From a virus, in the IMG/VR virus record IMGVR_UViG_3300045974_000462, positions 2,974 to 66,973 of that record: a DNA stretch of 64,000 nucleotides; one strand, written 5' to 3'. Both the position numbers and the translations under genes were made by a program. Within the stretch, counting starts at the first letter, position 1, and every line of letters starts with the position of its first letter. Under the pieces are notes generated by a model. The model saw nothing but the letters and a program-made list of their open reading frames with translations. It did not search any database and had not been told where the DNA came from. Positions 17,732-26,727 of this stretch are shown here, in pieces.

Positions 17732-19029
17732 TGGCCTTCGGGGTGGAGATCATCGAGGCGCTCTCCCTGTCGGCTCTTTCTGAATTCCTCGGTGCAGAGA
17801 AAAACCCGGCGACCGTCGATGGTCTTGACCTGTGGCCGGTTCTTCCGGGCCTTCTGCAGCGTCCGGAGTTCCTGTATCGACCGGAGGAGGTCGTGCAGTT
17901 GCGCGACGCCTTTGTTCTGCCCGAGTTCTTCCAGCAGGTTCATGACGCGGCGGTGGGCGAGGCGGTCGTTCCATTCGTAGTCGTAGTTTTTGGCGGTGAC
18001 GTAGGGTACTCCCATCTCGTTCATGGCGTCGGCCAGTTCCCGGTATGTGTGCTCCTCGTGTGGCGCGAGTCCGAATCTGCGGTATATGATGTCTTGGTTG
18101 ACGGGATCGAGGTCGTCAATGGCGGCATTGATCCGCTCCGCTATCAGCTTCTCTTCCTGTGCCTTCTCGTAGAGGGATTGCGGGGTGTTCTCGTCGGCGA
18201 TGTTGTCGAGGGGGTCGGTGTCGCCGTCATCATCGTCGTGAAGGAGTGGGTCGCGGAGTTCCTTGCGGATATCGGTCAGGCGCTTGACGTCGGCGAGGGC
18301 GACCGTCTTCGCTTCTCGGTTCATGGCGACAAAAATGCGGGAGTTTGGTCGACCTTTGATCGAGACGGCTTCGGGGTCTTTGAGCCATGCGTCGTAATGG
18401 TCGAGGTCTTCTTTAAAGGCGGAGATGTCCTCTTCGGTGGCGGTGGCGGCTTCCCGGCGCAGGGAGTTCATTATTCCGATGGTGGCCTCGGCGTCGAGGT
18501 TGTCCCAATCGTCAGACTCGCGGTCGATGCTGTTGGTCCCGGCGTAGTTGGCGACGACGGCTCGCTTCATGTTCTGGATCTTGGGGTGCATCAAGATAGC
18601 GCCTTCCGTCATCCCCATCCGGACCGGGATGCTCTCGGCTCGCTCGTTGGAGACGGTGGCAGTCAGGCGGCGTCCCTTGGTGCTGGTCGTTTCCATGTTC
18701 GGGTTGGTGGCATATTTGTAGGCTTGGTTCTCGGAGTGTTCCTCTGGTGTCCAGATCATGTCCTCGTGGATATGGTGCTGTGGTCTCTGGCGGGTGCCTC
18801 TGAGCATCTTGCCTTGCACCACGAAGTGCTCCGCCATGTGGCTGTCATGGACAATGGTTCCCCTGCGGGCCTTTGGTGACCCGGCCACTTTATAAAAAAC
18901 GTCTTGGCCGGGGCTAAACTTCTGACCGACGTGGATCATGGCTCCGGTGATCGGATTGCGGCGATTGTATGCGACGTGACCGCGTTCTCCTGTGGTGGCG
19001 AGTGCTCCGGATTTTACCATAAGCAACAT
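17668..19029 (-). CDS. Sigma70-family-like factor carrying the N-terminal head tag
   Basis: MLLMVKS..GHVAYNRRNPITG tag; region 2-like DNLDAEATIGIMNSLRR; region 3-4-like DPLDNIADENTP...AAIDDLDPVNQDIIYRRFGL..EEHTYRELA; GGAGG RBS. Confidence 0.75.
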   Translation of the reverse strand: MLLMVKSGALATTGERGHVAYNRRNPITGAMIHVGQKFSPGQDVFYKVAGSPKARRGTIVHDSHMAEHFVVQGKMLRGTRQRPQHHIHEDMIWTPEEHSENQAYKYATNPNMETTSTKGRRLTATVSNERAESIPVRMGMTEGAILMHPKIQNMKRAVVANYAGTNSIDRESDDWDNLDAEATIGIMNSLRREAATATEEDISAFKEDLDHYDAWLKDPEAVSIKGRPNSRIFVAMNREAKTVALADVKRLTDIRKELRDPLLHDDDDGDTDPLDNIADENTPQSLYEKAQEEKLIAERINAAIDDLDPVNQDIIYRRFGLAPHEEHTYRELADAMNEMGVPYVTAKNYDYEWNDRLAHRRVMNLLEELGQNKGVAQLHDLLRSIQELRTLQKARKNRPQVKTIDGRRVFLCTEEFRKSRQGERLDDLHPEGQWVAVTNGGPLQGKHLFFLIP

Positions 19030-19071
19030 GGGGGGTGTCCTCCGTGGGTGCGTGTGTAGGTTATTGCTCAG

Positions 19072-19099
19072 ACTATATCGGAATGTTTCTTGTGCTCAA
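19072..19099 (-). promoter_or_regulatory. Sigma70-like promoter for the sigma-like gene, back-to-back with cassette 6
   Basis: TTGAGC-16-TATAGT on the minus strand. Confidence 0.4.
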
Positions 19100-19116
19100 A
19101 CTTTTTTGTCATTCTG

Positions 19117-19190
19117 GGTGGTGCGACCGTTCTGCGGGATCTTCTACTCTCTGAGGGGTTTCCCCTCTATCTGCTTTTGGAGGTGTTGTC
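19117..19190 (+). promoter_or_regulatory. Promoter cassette copy 6
   Basis: TGCGAC(19122)-17-TACTCT, GAGGGG-TTT-CCCCTC hairpin, RBS. Confidence 0.8.
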
Positions 19191-19385
19191 ATGGCACAGA
19201 AATTCGTGGCTGTCAGTTTCACTTTTGCTCTCCCTGGTTACTGGTTAGTGAAACCTGACGGAGAGAACGTGTACTCGTATCGCGGCGAAGAGTTGACCGA
19301 GGCTGGTCGGGCGCTGGCTCACCAGTTTCCTTGTAACTGCGACAAACCGTTACTTCCGCATCATCTCGTGGGGGTGGCGTCATGA
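19191..19385 (+). CDS. Hypothetical protein
   Basis: 64 aa after cassette 6. Confidence 0.65.
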   Translation: MAQKFVAVSFTFALPGYWLVKPDGENVYSYRGEELTEAGRALAHQFPCNCDKPLLPHHLVGVAS

Positions 19386-19579
19386 AACGTGCTATTGCTC
19401 GTGTGTTTCGCAAAGACGGAAATAAGCGCTTTGTCTGGGCGTCGGTATCGCGGCTCCATCTGTATCATCCCGAGTGCGCTCCAGTTGGCGAGGGCGTCGA
19501 GAAGTTCGTCTCTACTCAGCGGTCTGCCTGCCATGTCTGTCACGGCAGGCTCGACCGGAATCCGGAGGTGATGTCATGA
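19382..19579 (+). CDS. Hypothetical protein
   Basis: ATGA-coupled on both sides. Confidence 0.6.
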   Translation: MKRAIARVFRKDGNKRFVWASVSRLHLYHPECAPVGEGVEKFVSTQRSACHVCHGRLDRNPEVMS

Positions 19580-19884
19580 CGCCTGCCGATCAAATCGTCC
19601 ACAATCTCGGCGGTCGGCGCTTCTTGGCCATGACCGGTGCTCATTCCCTGCTGTCTGTTGACCGCGACACCTTGCAGTTCAAGCTGCCGAGGTTCTCTGG
19701 CGTCAAGATCAATTGCGTCAGGATTACCCTGAACTGGCGCGACCTGTACGATGTCGAGTTCGGTCGCGTCGCCAAATCTCAGGGCGTCCCGACGTATGTC
19801 ATGCTGTCTCGGTCCGAGAATGTCTTTTGTGAGGATCTGGTTCAGGTGTTTGAATCCGCGACCGGTCTCGCTACTCGTCTGTAG
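19576..19884 (+). CDS. Conserved phage early-type protein
   Basis: IVHNLGGRRFLAMTGA...LQFKL...INCVRITL...DLYDVEF. Confidence 0.8.
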   Translation: MTPADQIVHNLGGRRFLAMTGAHSLLSVDRDTLQFKLPRFSGVKINCVRITLNWRDLYDVEFGRVAKSQGVPTYVMLSRSENVFCEDLVQVFESATGLATRL

Positions 19885-19930
19885 GTCAATCGGGAGGCTT
19901 CGGTCTCCCCTTCTTTCTGGGGGTGTTATT

Positions 19931-20146
19931 ATGGCAATGGGGAAAGTGTTTTTTCACGGTGTCGATCCGTCACAAATCGTGACCCGGTGCATGGATGATG
20001 GTCTGGTTCAGAAATGGGTGGCCTTGTCGGGCGCTCGCTATAATCACGCTCCGGGGTCTCGGGACCAGATTGCTTATGGTCCGACTGAAATCGACGCAGT
20101 CTATAACCTTGGCTATCAAATCCGAAGTTTGGAGGTAGAGAAATGA
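19931..20146 (+). CDS. Hypothetical protein
   Basis: 71 aa, coupled to the next gene. Confidence 0.55.
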   Translation: MAMGKVFFHGVDPSQIVTRCMDDGLVQKWVALSGARYNHAPGSRDQIAYGPTEIDAVYNLGYQIRSLEVEK

Positions 20147-20463
20147 AAAAACCGTATTCTGCTGGTCCGTGGCACGTCGCCGATGCTGATGGTTCCATCG
20201 GGACCGTCGAGTCCTTCGACGGCAAGGTGGTTGCTCAAGCGCAGCAGGTTGTCCCGGTCCGCGATGATCTGCGGCAGGAGGAGCGCCGGTCAAATGCGCA
20301 GCTTATCGCGGCGGCTCCTGAAATGTTGGCGGCGCTCGCTCTCTGTATTCTGGCCTATGAGGAGCACCGGGATGGTCAACCGACCGGGCATCTCTGGGCG
20401 GACCCGAATCACATTTATTTCGCTCGGTTGGCTTTCGCCAAGGCGACGGGAGGTGGTGAATGA
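20143..20463 (+). CDS. Hypothetical phage protein
   Basis: GPWHV...NAQLIAAAPEMLAAL, a common phage motif. Confidence 0.75.
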   Translation: MKKPYSAGPWHVADADGSIGTVESFDGKVVAQAQQVVPVRDDLRQEERRSNAQLIAAAPEMLAALALCILAYEEHRDGQPTGHLWADPNHIYFARLAFAKATGGGE

Positions 20464-20828
20464 AAAACGTAATTTTCACGGTGTGGCTGGCGGTTGTTCT
20501 TGCTGCTGCGATGTTTGCCTTTCACACTTCGGCGCATGGTGCGGAGTGGGTCCGGGTATCTTCTCACCGGGGTCTGACGGTATCGTATCTCTCCGGAACC
20601 GTCCGGCCTCTGCTTCCCGGTTGGATGTCGGTGGTAGTTGGCATCTGGGATCAGGATAAACAGACGGGTCGAGTCTGCCTGTTCAACGTGTCGCATAATG
20701 CTGCCCGCATGGTTGAGTGCTTCGACGGTAATTCTTCGATTCGCAGTGATGAAGTGTCGCCAATCGCTAAGGGTTCGGCGCTTGAAAAGGTGGCGCGAGT
20801 GGTATTCGCTTCGGGAGGTGTCCGGTGA
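20460..20828 (+). CDS. Exported protein
   Basis: Signal peptide ending SAHGA. Confidence 0.65.
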   Translation: MKNVIFTVWLAVVLAAAMFAFHTSAHGAEWVRVSSHRGLTVSYLSGTVRPLLPGWMSVVVGIWDQDKQTGRVCLFNVSHNAARMVECFDGNSSIRSDEVSPIAKGSALEKVARVVFASGGVR

Positions 20829-21070
20829 AAGTTACGGAGCGGACGTTATTTGATCTGGCGCGGCTGGTCACCAAGGCGCATATGCATGACCTTGCGTTTG
20901 GGGTTAAAATCATAACGGTCGAGGTTGGCTGGTATGAGGTCCATCGGCAGTGGCGGCGTCCCGGTCTCGGTTGCGACCAGTTGTCGGACCCGTTACCGGC
21001 TCGGGAATGCTACCGGTGGCTGCAGGGGTTCGCTGTGGCCTGTGCTCATCGTGGGGAGGTGAGGTCGTGA
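20825..21070 (+). CDS. Hypothetical protein
   Basis: GTGA-coupled, GGAGG RBS. Confidence 0.55.
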   Translation: MKVTERTLFDLARLVTKAHMHDLAFGVKIITVEVGWYEVHRQWRRPGLGCDQLSDPLPARECYRWLQGFAVACAHRGEVRS

Positions 21071-21073
21071 AAT

Positions 21074-21102
21074 GGGGCGGGCCTTCGGGTCCGCCTTTTT
21101 TT
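21074..21102 (+). terminator. Terminator
   Basis: ggcgggcc-ttcg-ggtccgcc-ttttttt. Confidence 0.85.
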
Positions 21103-21110
21103 GCTTTCAG

Positions 21111-21181
21111 GGTGGTGCGACCATTCTGCGGGATCTTCTTCTTACTGAGCCAGTGTGCTCCATCAAACTCGGAGGTGGGTT
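21111..21181 (+). promoter_or_regulatory. Promoter cassette copy 7
   Basis: TGCGAC(21116) core, GAGC/GCTC hairpin, RBS. Confidence 0.8.
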
Positions 21182-23707
21182 ATGACCCTGTCAAAAATTA
21201 ACGGTAAGTATGTTGCGGCTACTTCGTATGCGGAAAAAGACGTACCAAAGGCGGCGGGTTTCCGTTGGGACGGCGTCAACAAGTGCTGGTGGACCGACGA
21301 CGTCAAGAAGGCGGCGCGGCTGGCCGAGTTCGCTGCCGACGATATCAAGGCGGAGTTGACCGCCATTTCCGAAAACCGGACCGAGGCGCTGGCTGCGTCG
21401 CGTGCTTCCGACCTCGTGATCGATCTTCCCGTTCCTGACGGGCTCGCCTATCTGCCGTATCAGCGGGCTGGCATCCACTATGCCTCGCAGCGTCCGGCGA
21501 CTCTGATCGGCGACGAGATGGGCCTCGGTAAAACCATCCAGGCTATCGGCGTGATCAATGCCGATGCCTCCATCAAGAACGTGCTCATCATCTGTCCGGC
21601 GTCGCTCCGTCTCAATTGGAAGAAGGAACTGGTCAAGTGGTTAACGTCTCCCATGTCCATCGGCATCGCAAACGGGACGTTTCCCGAGGAGTCGATCTGC
21701 ATCATCAACTACGACATTCTGAAAAAGCACCACGGCGCGATCATGGCTCGCTCGTGGGATCTGCTGGTGGTCGACGAGGCGCACTATCTGAAAAACGGCA
21801 AGGCGCAGCGGACCGAGTACGTGCTCGGGGCGAAGGAGAAAAAGGACAAGGTGACGAAGGAAATCACCAAGGCGGCGATCCCGGCTATCGCTGCTCGGCG
21901 TCGCGTCTTCATGACCGGGACGCCTATCGTGAATCGTCCGGTCGAGTTGTTTCCTCTGGTAAAGTCCCTCGATCCTGACGGGCTCGGTAAAAACTTTATG
22001 ACCTATGCCTATCGGTATTGCGCTGCTCACCAGACTCGGTTCGGGTGGGATTTCACCGGTGCGTCCCATCTCGATGAGTTGCAGGACAAACTCCGCGAGT
22101 CCATTATGGTCAGGCGCTTGAAGTCGCAGGTGCTGGTTGATCTCCCGGCGAAGCGGCGGCAAGTCATAGAAATCCCGGCTTCGGGTGCTATGGCTGTCGC
22201 TATCGATGTCGAGCGTCGGGCGTGGTTGCTCCATGAAGATGCTCTTGATGAACTGCGGGCCAAGGTTGAAATCTCCAAGGCCAGTAGTAATCCCGAGGAC
22301 TACGCGACTGCGGTCCGGAATCTCCGCGAGGCTGCAAAGGTCGCCTTTGAGGAAATCTCCAAGGTCCGCCATGATACTGCTGTTGCGAAAATTCCCGCCG
22401 TGGTCGAGCATGTAAAGCAACTACTTGAAAATGTTGACAAAATTGTCATTTTCTGCCACCATCACGACGTCGTAAATGGTCTTGTAAAGGAGTTTTCAAA
22501 TGGGGAATATGGTAGATTTGACGGGGATGGTATTCGGGAAGTGGACAGTGTTGTCTCGGGCGGAAAACGGGCGGTGTCGGCAGATAATGTGGAGTTGTCG
22601 ATGTCTCTGCGGAGTCGTCAGGGACGTGATGGGGAACTCCCTGAAATCGGGCAGGTCGTTGGGCTGCCTTGCTTGCCGACCTCAAAAACACGGACAAGCT
22701 CGGACGAGGGAGTATCGTTGGATGGTTCAGGTCAAGAAGCGAGCGAAAAATTCCGGGGTTCTGTTCGATCTGAAGTTGTCGGATTTTGTGATGCCGGAGA
22801 AGTGTCCGCTTCTGGGTATTCCGATCTTCTTCACGGACCAGAGGTTTTGCGACAACAATCCGTCGATAGACCGGATCGATCCGGCGTTGGGCTACGTCAG
22901 GGACAACATCTGGGTGATCAGTTGGCGGGCGAATGCCATCAAACACAATGCCTCTCTGGAAGAGTTGGAGATGCTGTCCGCAAACCTACGCTTGAAATTA
23001 AAGGTGGGGTGATGGTTGCGGTCCTGACCGGCGAGACGAAGATGGCCGACCGGCAGGCGGCTGTCGAGCGGTTCCAGTCCGATCCCTCCTGTCGCTTGTT
23101 CATCGGGTCCATCGGCGCTGCCGGTGTCGGCCATACCCTGACCGCTGCCTCCACGGTATTGTTCGCCGAGTTGGATTGGGTTCCGGGTAATGTCTCGCAG
23201 TGCGAGGACCGCTGCCATCGTATCGGGCAGACCGGTTCCGTGCTGGTTCAGCATCTGGTTCTGGAAGGCTCGCTGGATGCGCGGATGGCTGAGATTCTCG
23301 TCTCCAAGCAGTCAGTGATCGATTCTGCTCTTGACCGTGTCCACGGCGACAAGGTGTCGGCGGCGGTTGCTCATGCCGCGAAACTGGCGGCGGATACTCC
23401 GGCTGTTCCAGGTGCCGCTGCTACTACCGGGTCGGTGTCTCGGGAGCAGGTTGAACGCGAGGCGCTGGTGCTCACGGCGGCTCAGGTTGAGGCGATCCAT
23501 TCCGGTCTGCAGATATTGGCCGGGATGTGTGACGGTGCTTCGTCCCATGACGGTATGGGGTTCTCCAAGGTGGACGCCTATATCGGTCGGCAGTTCGCGT
23601 TGCAGGAGTCGCTCTCTGCTCGGCAGGCTGTTGTCGGCCAGAAGATCGTCAACAAGTACCGGCGTCAGCTTCCGTCTGCTCTACTGGAGGCGGCGATGGG
23701 TCGGTGA
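21182..23707 (+). CDS. SNF2/HARP-like (annealing) helicase with DUF5710-like N-terminus and a ~170-codon insertion
   Basis: DEMGLGKTIQA, LVVDEAHYLKN, MTGTPIVNRP, KIVIFCHH, AAGVGHTLT, QCEDRCHRIGQ. Confidence 0.92.
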   Translation: MTLSKINGKYVAATSYAEKDVPKAAGFRWDGVNKCWWTDDVKKAARLAEFAADDIKAELTAISENRTEALAASRASDLVIDLPVPDGLAYLPYQRAGIHYASQRPATLIGDEMGLGKTIQAIGVINADASIKNVLIICPASLRLNWKKELVKWLTSPMSIGIANGTFPEESICIINYDILKKHHGAIMARSWDLLVVDEAHYLKNGKAQRTEYVLGAKEKKDKVTKEITKAAIPAIAARRRVFMTGTPIVNRPVELFPLVKSLDPDGLGKNFMTYAYRYCAAHQTRFGWDFTGASHLDELQDKLRESIMVRRLKSQVLVDLPAKRRQVIEIPASGAMAVAIDVERRAWLLHEDALDELRAKVEISKASSNPEDYATAVRNLREAAKVAFEEISKVRHDTAVAKIPAVVEHVKQLLENVDKIVIFCHHHDVVNGLVKEFSNGEYGRFDGDGIREVDSVVSGGKRAVSADNVELSMSLRSRQGRDGELPEIGQVVGLPCLPTSKTRTSSDEGVSLDGSGQEASEKFRGSVRSEVVGFCDAGEVSASGYSDLLHGPEVLRQQSVDRPDRSGVGLRQGQHLGDQLAGECHQTQCLSGRVGDAVRKPTLEIKGGVMVAVLTGETKMADRQAAVERFQSDPSCRLFIGSIGAAGVGHTLTAASTVLFAELDWVPGNVSQCEDRCHRIGQTGSVLVQHLVLEGSLDARMAEILVSKQSVIDSALDRVHGDKVSAAVAHAAKLAADTPAVPGAAATTGSVSREQVEREALVLTAAQVEAIHSGLQILAGMCDGASSHDGMGFSKVDAYIGRQFALQESLSARQAVVGQKIVNKYRRQLPSALLEAAMGR
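22500..23012 (+). mobile_element. HNH-type homing endonuclease gene overprinted (+1 frame) inside the helicase gene
   Basis: DLTGMVFGKWTV..WSCRCLCG..GCLAC; CPLLG..PSIDRIDPALGYVRDNIWVISWRANAIK; AAGGAG RBS; TGATG overlap with an internal helicase Met. Confidence 0.85.
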
Positions 23708-23711
23708 AATT

Positions 23712-23739
23712 CGGGGAGTCCTTCGGGGCTCCCTTTTTT
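23712..23739 (+). terminator. Terminator
   Basis: gggagtcc-ttcg-gggctccc-tttttt. Confidence 0.85.
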
Positions 23740-23743
23740 CGTC

Positions 23744-23834
23744 ATGCGGTCGTTATGCGGTCGCATACCGGTCGCACTGCGGGAGCTATGCCCCTTCTCC
23801 TACTCCTTCTCCTACTCCTTCTCCTACTCCTTCT
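23744..23834. repeat. Iteron-like TGCGGTCGCA repeats plus CTCCTACTCCTT x3
   Basis: Intergenic; closely resembles 60109-60200 inside the initiator gene. Confidence 0.7.
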
Positions 23835-23864
23835 TATAAACAAAACCGTTTTTTTTGCGTATCA

Positions 23865-23938
23865 GGGTGGTACGACCATTCTCCGGGATCTTGTTCTTAC
23901 CGAGGGCGCTGCTCTCTATCCTGCTCGGAGGTGCTTTA
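23865..23938 (+). promoter_or_regulatory. Promoter cassette copy 8
   Basis: TACGACCATTCTCCGGGATCTT, hairpin, RBS. Confidence 0.8.
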
Positions 23939-24118
23939 ATGAAAACGAATAATGATCCTGTCCACTATTTCAGATTTCTTACTCCTGACGACGGCGACGT
24001 TTCTGCTTGCGGTATCAATCTCACCAGAAATGGTGTCAACCGAGTTAGCTATTCTTTTAATGTCAAAAATGTAACGTGCGCCAAATGTGCCAGAAAATTA
24101 AATGAGGTGCGGTCATGA
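23939..24118 (+). CDS. Small Zn-binding protein
   Basis: HY..ACG..VTCAKC. Confidence 0.65.
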   Translation: MKTNNDPVHYFRFLTPDDGDVSACGINLTRNGVNRVSYSFNVKNVTCAKCARKLNEVRS

Positions 24119-24339
24119 CCTTCGACGAGGCGGCGGTTCGTATTCTGGTTTCGGGCTCCTCTGAAAAGGTAAAGCAGGAGCAGCTTGCGGCTCTGGCTAA
24201 ACAGGCGGCTGCGGCTATACGCGGGGAGTGTCCCGAGTGTGGGTCTTCCGAGGTTGTCGACAATGGTGCGCGGCGGCAGATCGATCTTTCTTTCTGCTGT
24301 CAGGGTTGTGGTCATCAATGGGACATGGTTCCCCTGTGA
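24115..24339 (+). CDS. Zn-ribbon protein
   Basis: CPECGS...CQGCGHQW. Confidence 0.65.
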   Translation: MTFDEAAVRILVSGSSEKVKQEQLAALAKQAAAAIRGECPECGSSEVVDNGARRQIDLSFCCQGCGHQWDMVPL

Positions 24340-24572
24340 GGCGGTATCATGACGGATTCGTGCGGCAGGTCGGTGTCGGTTGCGGAGCGGGACCGGCGCT
24401 TGGATGATCGGGTAAACAGGTTGCTGGCGCTCCGCGTCGGCTCGGTGTTCGTGGCTAAAAATAAATCGGTGGAGGTGCGGCGTGCTGCGTGATTGTCTGG
24501 TCCTGGCGGCGGTGGTATGGGGTATCGGTTTCGTTAACTGGCTGTTGTCGTGGCCGTTCTAGGGGGTGGGGT

Positions 24573-24926
24573 ATGCAGTTCCGTGATCACGAATGTCTGC
24601 GCTCATCGTTTGATTGCGATGGTGTAAAAGTCCTTTTTTTCGCAAACAGGGAAACCGGGGACTTTCAGATTGCTACTCGGTGGTGCGTCCTCTGTACTTG
24701 GCGCTTATCTCTGATCAGTGACCACAACTTCCGGATCACAATGGAGCGGGCCTTGGCAGCGTTTGAGGTCTGTTGCCAGTATGGTGGTGTTGCTGGCGTG
24801 GCCCGACTTGCTAAAAAAGTAGTTGACGGTATTGACCCGTCGCGGATGGCCGATCCTCGTTCGGCTAACTTTGAGCGCATGGTGCTCCATCGCTTTGCTG
24901 ATAAATTTTCGGAGGTTTCACTATGA
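24573..24926 (+). CDS. Hypothetical protein
   Basis: 117 aa, coupled to the next gene. Confidence 0.55.
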   Translation: MQFRDHECLRSSFDCDGVKVLFFANRETGDFQIATRWCVLCTWRLSLISDHNFRITMERALAAFEVCCQYGGVAGVARLAKKVVDGIDPSRMADPRSANFERMVLHRFADKFSEVSL

Positions 24927-25273
24927 CGAAGGCGGAAGAGATCAAAGCGCTGGCGGCGTTCGCTCGTAAACTCGGCCCGGACACCTATCTGGGTCCGGCG
25001 CTGTCAAAGCTGGTGCCGTGGATGGAGTTGGAGGTCCGCTCGGACATCGAGCCCGATATCGTGGGTCAGTTCCGGAAAATGACCGACGATCTGGTCTTGG
25101 TGCGGACGCAGTTGTCGGCGGAGCAGACTCGCTTCCGGGTTCTGGCTACTGAAATTGGCGCTCGGGAGGCGGAAATCAAACGGCTCGACCGGGGCGTCGA
25201 TGCGGCTCGGGAGCGGGCCTCGGAGGCGCTGCGGGAACTGTCGCGGCTGGCTATCTCGGGGGTGGTCCGATGA
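24923..25273 (+). CDS. Coiled-coil hypothetical protein
   Basis: GGAGG RBS, heptad pattern. Confidence 0.7.
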   Translation: MTKAEEIKALAAFARKLGPDTYLGPALSKLVPWMELEVRSDIEPDIVGQFRKMTDDLVLVRTQLSAEQTRFRVLATEIGAREAEIKRLDRGVDAARERASEALRELSRLAISGVVR

Positions 25274-25584
25274 AGCGGGTAGTTATCGAATCTCCCTATG
25301 CCGGTCGCGTGGCCGACCACGTCTCGTATGCCCGTCGCTGCCTGCTGGATTCGCTCCGGCGCGGCGAGGCACCGATTGCCTCCCATCTGCTGCATACGCA
25401 GGTGCTGGATGATACCGTTCCCGAGGACCGTAGCTTGGGTGTCGCGGCTGGCCATGCGTGGATTCCTTTCGCGGATGCCGTGGTGGTCTATGTCGACTAC
25501 GGGTATTCCGTGGGGATGCAGAATGGTATCGATGCTGCCAAATTTTACGGCGTGCCTGTGGAGGTCCGGGTGCTCGACAAGTAG
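25270..25584 (+). CDS. Nucleoside deoxyribosyltransferase-like (flavodoxin-fold) small protein
   Basis: VIESPYAG...GEAPIASHLL...ADAVVVYVDYGYSVGM. Confidence 0.65.
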   Translation: MKRVVIESPYAGRVADHVSYARRCLLDSLRRGEAPIASHLLHTQVLDDTVPEDRSLGVAAGHAWIPFADAVVVYVDYGYSVGMQNGIDAAKFYGVPVEVRVLDK

Positions 25585-25790
25585 CGATTTGCCTCTCGAC
25601 TCTGGTCGGGAGGCTTTTTTTGTCTGGAGGGAGTCGCGGGCTCCGTGGTGGCGATGAGAATTTTCCGGGTAGGCGTCTCGTTCCTGGTCCGGTCCTTATC
25701 CCGGCCTGCCTTGGGAGGTGAAAACGGCTTACAGGTCATTTTTGCTCGTCGCATCTTTTTTTGGCCAGCTTCGCTATTTTTGTCATTTAT

Positions 25791-25845
25791 GGTGAAGCGA
25801 CCATTCTGCGGGATCTTCTACTGTGTGAGGGGCATGGTCCTCTCC
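25791..25845 (+). promoter_or_regulatory. Promoter cassette copy 9
   Basis: AGCGAC(25796)-17-TACTGT, hairpin. Confidence 0.8.
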
Positions 25846-25938
25846 GGTCTGATTGAGGTGCGTGGGTGCGCTTGGATTGCACTCTGGTGCCTGCCGGGTC
25901 CGCTGGTTTCGGCGCTGTCAACTATGGGAGGTGTAGTC

Positions 25939-26127
25939 ATGGCTCGCAAGGAATGTAAGGAATGCGGCGGGATTATGGACGCGACTCGGGACGTGGATTC
26001 TGCTCCTGTTTGGGAGTGCCGTTGCTGCTGGCGGGTGTTTCCTCGTATCGTTCGCGTCTCGGCGAAACGTGCGGCTAGAAATGCTGGTTTCGACCGGCTT
26101 GTTGCCGAGTTGCTGTCTAACCAATAA
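25939..26127 (+). CDS. Zn-ribbon protein
   Basis: CKECGG...WECRCC; GGAGG RBS. Confidence 0.6.
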   Translation: MARKECKECGGIMDATRDVDSAPVWECRCCWRVFPRIVRVSAKRAARNAGFDRLVAELLSNQ

Positions 26128-26140
26128 TGGAGGTGTAGTC

Positions 26141-26347
26141 ATGTTTGAATTGAGCGAGTTCGTGCGGGTAAATGGGGCGCTGGCTACGGTGGTGCGGTGG
26201 GACGAGGATGATTGCTTGCTGCTGGTTTCCTTCTTCGGGACCACCGACGTGGCGGAGGCGGGTTCGGAGTTGTGGCTGGAGTTCACCGACGACAACGAGT
26301 GGGTTTCTGACGGGACCGGGGTGGCTGTCGAACTGGTCCGGCAATAA
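26141..26347 (+). CDS. Small acidic protein
   Basis: GGAGGTGTAGTC leader identical to the previous gene. Confidence 0.6.
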   Translation: MFELSEFVRVNGALATVVRWDEDDCLLLVSFFGTTDVAEAGSELWLEFTDDNEWVSDGTGVAVELVRQ

Positions 26348-26486
26348 AGGGGGGCGTAGTCATGAAACTGACGGATTTTGAGCGGGCGCTCGTGCGGCGA
26401 TGGCAGTGGTGCGGGTGGTCTCAGTGGGAGATCGCCTCGGAGTTGCGGGAGTATCGGTGGCAGCGGGATAACTTGGCGGAGGTGGC

Positions 26487-26723
26487 ATGATGGCGGAGTA
26501 TTCGGTTGGAACTGTGGACGTGGATGGTCCGGGGGGTGTTCGGCGCTATAAGACTCTGAAGCGGGCAGTTGCTCGGTTTCAGGATATGGCCGGGTTCCAT
26601 CCTGACGTGGCGCTGGCCGAGGAGGGGCGCGGGAATCTGGCGGCGCTTGAAAGTTGGGGCGGCAGCTACTCGATTCGGGGTGTGTCGCAGTTCGGCTGCG
26701 TGGTGACGTTGCGCAATCGGTAA
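26487..26723 (+). CDS. Hypothetical protein
   Basis: GGAGG RBS; terminator follows. Confidence 0.6.
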   Translation: MMAEYSVGTVDVDGPGGVRRYKTLKRAVARFQDMAGFHPDVALAEEGRGNLAALESWGGSYSIRGVSQFGCVVTLRNR

Positions 26724-26727
26724 TATT

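Noticed and set aside
22400-23030. Group I intron or intein in the helicase
   Set aside because: The insert is filled entirely by the endonuclease ORF, with no room for P/Q/R/S elements; there are no Cys/Ser...His-Asn intein ends, and the nuclease is out of frame.
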